NCBI GenBank assembly: GCA_051881275.1
Contig: JBJEPO010000130.1
Location: 1-49,644 of the forward strand
DNA length: 49,644 nt
Source: Eubacterium sp.
Lineage (GTDB): Bacteria; Bacillota; Clostridia; Oscillospirales; Acutalibacteraceae
Direction: 5' to 3'
Shown: piece after piece, positions 47,438-49,644 of the stretch
How the letters are laid out: each line of letters begins with the position of its first letter
Numbering within the stretch: the first letter of the stretch is position 1
Made by a program: the position numbers and the translations under genes
The notes under the pieces: generated by a model
The model's input: only the letters and a program-made list of their open reading frames with translations
The model's database searches: none
What the model was told of the DNA's origin: nothing

Positions 47438-49644
47438 ATGAAAAAGAAGTTCAAAGGCATAATTGCCGCGTTTGTTGCGCTGGTAATTGTTGTTACAACA
47501 ATCTGTATCAGCCCCATTACAGCGCAGGCAATCAGCACTCCTCAGGATTTGGAGAGCACCGCCGTTCAGTTTTGGGCCGATCCGGAAAACTGTGTGACCG
47601 AAAATGATTTGGCGTCATACACCGCCGGTACAAAAACTGCAATGACAGGTGCGGTAGGTGTTTTCGCCCGCAGTACATCATCAACAAACTACTATCTGTT
47701 TTTGCCCTCAGATGCGGATTGTACCAATCTTAAGGTTTGGTTTAACGCATCAAGCGCCACCGTTGACGGAACAGAGGTAATTAACGGACAGAAAACCGAC
47801 GTATTTTCTGCCATCAACGCCGGCGGAATATCTCAGACCTACAGTATTGCTCTTGATTCAAAAACATACAGTGTTACCGCTATGAAATCAGGCGAGGTAG
47901 GCGCAGTATATATTGATACAAGCACCGGCTCTATGAAATCCGTTAACACCTCTGAGGACAAGAGCGCTTACGAAACCGGTACTATTATGGTAATTGACTC
48001 TGACGGTACCATTAACTATAACGGCGCCCTTGAAAAGATTAACGGACGCGGTAACGGCACCTGGTCAACTACCAATACAAAAAATCCATACAATATTAAA
48101 TTGGGCGTTTCAACAAGTCTTTTGGGATTGCCGAAAGCAAAAAAGTGGTGCTTGCTTGCAAATTCATCGGACGCTACGCTTATTAAAAATCAGTTGTCCT
48201 ACGATTTTGCGGATTATATCGGCGTAAAATATCAGCCTCGCTGTAAGCCGGTTGACTTGTACATCAACCATCAGTATTACGGCTCATATCAGCTCAGCGA
48301 AAAGGTTGAAATTAAATCAAACCGTATAGACGTTACAGACGCTTATGAAAATCTTGAAATCGCTAACGGCACAACGGATACAACAACAGGTATTACAACA
48401 CCTGCCGATTTAACCGGTACTGCCGTTACCACATATAACCCCAACACCACGGGTACAAACACAACAAACCTTCCCGACCACTCGGTATCATCAAAGAGAT
48501 ATTCAACAGGTCTGAACAATCCGACGGACATAACCGGCGGATACCTGTTTGAGCTTGAAATAAGTAACCGCTGGGTTGAAGAAAATGCCGGCTTCTGTGC
48601 TTATAACAGACAGGGCTGGGTAATTAAAAGCTGTGATTACGCAACACAGGAAATGGTTGATTACAGCTACGATTTGCTTTATGCAATGGGCTCTGCCGTT
48701 TACAACAGCGGTACGGTGCCAAGTGCATCAACCACCACCAACTGTTCTTCTCTTTCGTCTTTAAGCGAATTCACTTACGGACCGAGAAGTATTACAAACC
48801 CTGCACCTGCAAGTCAGTATCAGGGCAAAAAATGGAGCGATATTCTTGATGCGGATTCAGCAGTAAGATATTACTGGACCCAGGAATATTTTAAGAATAT
48901 GGACTCATCCACATCCTCTACATATTTTTATAAGGACAGCGATTCTATTGACACAAAGGTATATGCAGGACCTATGTGGGATATGGATAACTCAATCGGT
49001 TATGACTGCGGCACCGGCGAACGCTGGGGCTACAGCTGGACCTCCAGCACAGGCTGGTACACAAAGAATGCAAGACTTTATCGCTGGAGAAGCAAGGACT
49101 CCACCACAACATATTCCACAGATAAGCAGTCCCCGCTTAACTTTTACGGCGCACTTGCTACAAATTGTACTGATTTCTGGCAGATGGCGCAGAATTACTG
49201 GTATTCACGCATTGAGCCGGCAACAAAGATTTTGCTGGGCGAAGCAACAGACCCAACCGGTGTACTTAAATCCACCGAATACTATGCGTCCACAGTAGAA
49301 AAATCTGCAAAAATGAACGCACTTAGAATGGACATTACCGACTATGACGCCGCATCGGTTATCAGCGGAATGAACAACTGGTTTACAGAGCGTAACACAT
49401 GGATTGACAGCCAGTTTGCAAAGGTTGACATTAACAACTGTACAGTTGCGGATATTGCAAGTCAGCCATGCACAGGCTCTCCGATTGAACCGACCCTTAC
49501 AATCACATATAACGGCGCAACTCTTGAAGAAGGCGTTGATTACGAGGTTGAGTATTCAAATAATATTACTGCAGGTAAAAGTGCAGTTGCAACAATAACC
49601 GGTTTAGGATTATACGAGGGTACAAAAACAATTAACTTCACAAT
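47438..49644 (+). CDS. Secreted CotH-family kinase (3'-partial; not in the ORF track)
   Basis: GGAGGA RBS then ATG 47438; signal peptide ending AQA; YYLFLP; GRGNGTW, KNPYNIKL, KKWCLLAN, VDLYIN..YYGSYQLSEKV, GGYLFELE, EYFKNMD, GPMWDMDNSIG; Ig-like repeat at the end; frame open to the window edge. Confidence 0.92.
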   Translation, partial: MKKKFKGIIAAFVALVIVVTTICISPITAQAISTPQDLESTAVQFWADPENCVTENDLASYTAGTKTAMTGAVGVFARSTSSTNYYLFLPSDADCTNLKVWFNASSATVDGTEVINGQKTDVFSAINAGGISQTYSIALDSKTYSVTAMKSGEVGAVYIDTSTGSMKSVNTSEDKSAYETGTIMVIDSDGTINYNGALEKINGRGNGTWSTTNTKNPYNIKLGVSTSLLGLPKAKKWCLLANSSDATLIKNQLSYDFADYIGVKYQPRCKPVDLYINHQYYGSYQLSEKVEIKSNRIDVTDAYENLEIANGTTDTTTGITTPADLTGTAVTTYNPNTTGTNTTNLPDHSVSSKRYSTGLNNPTDITGGYLFELEISNRWVEENAGFCAYNRQGWVIKSCDYATQEMVDYSYDLLYAMGSAVYNSGTVPSASTTTNCSSLSSLSEFTYGPRSITNPAPASQYQGKKWSDILDADSAVRYYWTQEYFKNMDSSTSSTYFYKDSDSIDTKVYAGPMWDMDNSIGYDCGTGERWGYSWTSSTGWYTKNARLYRWRSKDSTTTYSTDKQSPLNFYGALATNCTDFWQMAQNYWYSRIEPATKILLGEATDPTGVLKSTEYYASTVEKSAKMNALRMDITDYDAASVISGMNNWFTERNTWIDSQFAKVDINNCTVADIASQPCTGSPIEPTLTITYNGATLEEGVDYEVEYSNNITAGKSAVATITGLGLYEGTKTINFT

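Noticed and set aside
47994-49598. Short ORFs listed at 47994, 48343, 48948 and 49404
   Set aside because: They lie off-frame or antisense within the long CotH reading frame starting at 47438
1-49644. Mobile elements, prophage, defence systems, tRNA or rRNA
   Set aside because: No transposase, integrase, phage, restriction-modification or cas motifs and no structural RNA signatures recognised

Overview
Chromosomal window of a low-GC Gram-positive anaerobe; gene content and order suggest Clostridia, probably Oscillospirales (inference). In order: a truncated, probably chimeric metallophosphoesterase; FMN riboswitch with ribU; the rimP-nusA-ylxR-ylxQ-infB-rbfA-nrnA-truB-ribF-HAD operon; an LRR surface protein; fruRKA-ptsH-ptsI; adhE with three Rex-like boxes; a DUF5058/membrane protein/M20 hydrolase trio; an esterase; a polysaccharide pyruvyl transferase-flippase-acyltransferase-GNAT operon divergent from an SPxTG protein-sortase B-LCP cluster; pstSCAB; TSUP and YeiH transporters; a TrpXYZ-like ABC transporter; an LDH/MDH enzyme; and an OmpR-type two-component system divergent from a VTC polyphosphate polymerase-DUF4956-Cthe_2159-like lipoprotein-CotH kinase cluster. 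The CotH gene runs off the window and is absent from the ORF track. No rRNA, tRNA, CRISPR array or transposase was seen. The two best candidate systems are (1) polyphosphate synthesis/export coupled to a secreted CotH kinase, with an apparent ACG start codon on the VTC gene and possible Pho-type co-regulation, and (2) LCP transfer of a glycan onto a sortase-anchored carrier protein. All family calls come from motif recognition by eye; no database searches were run.
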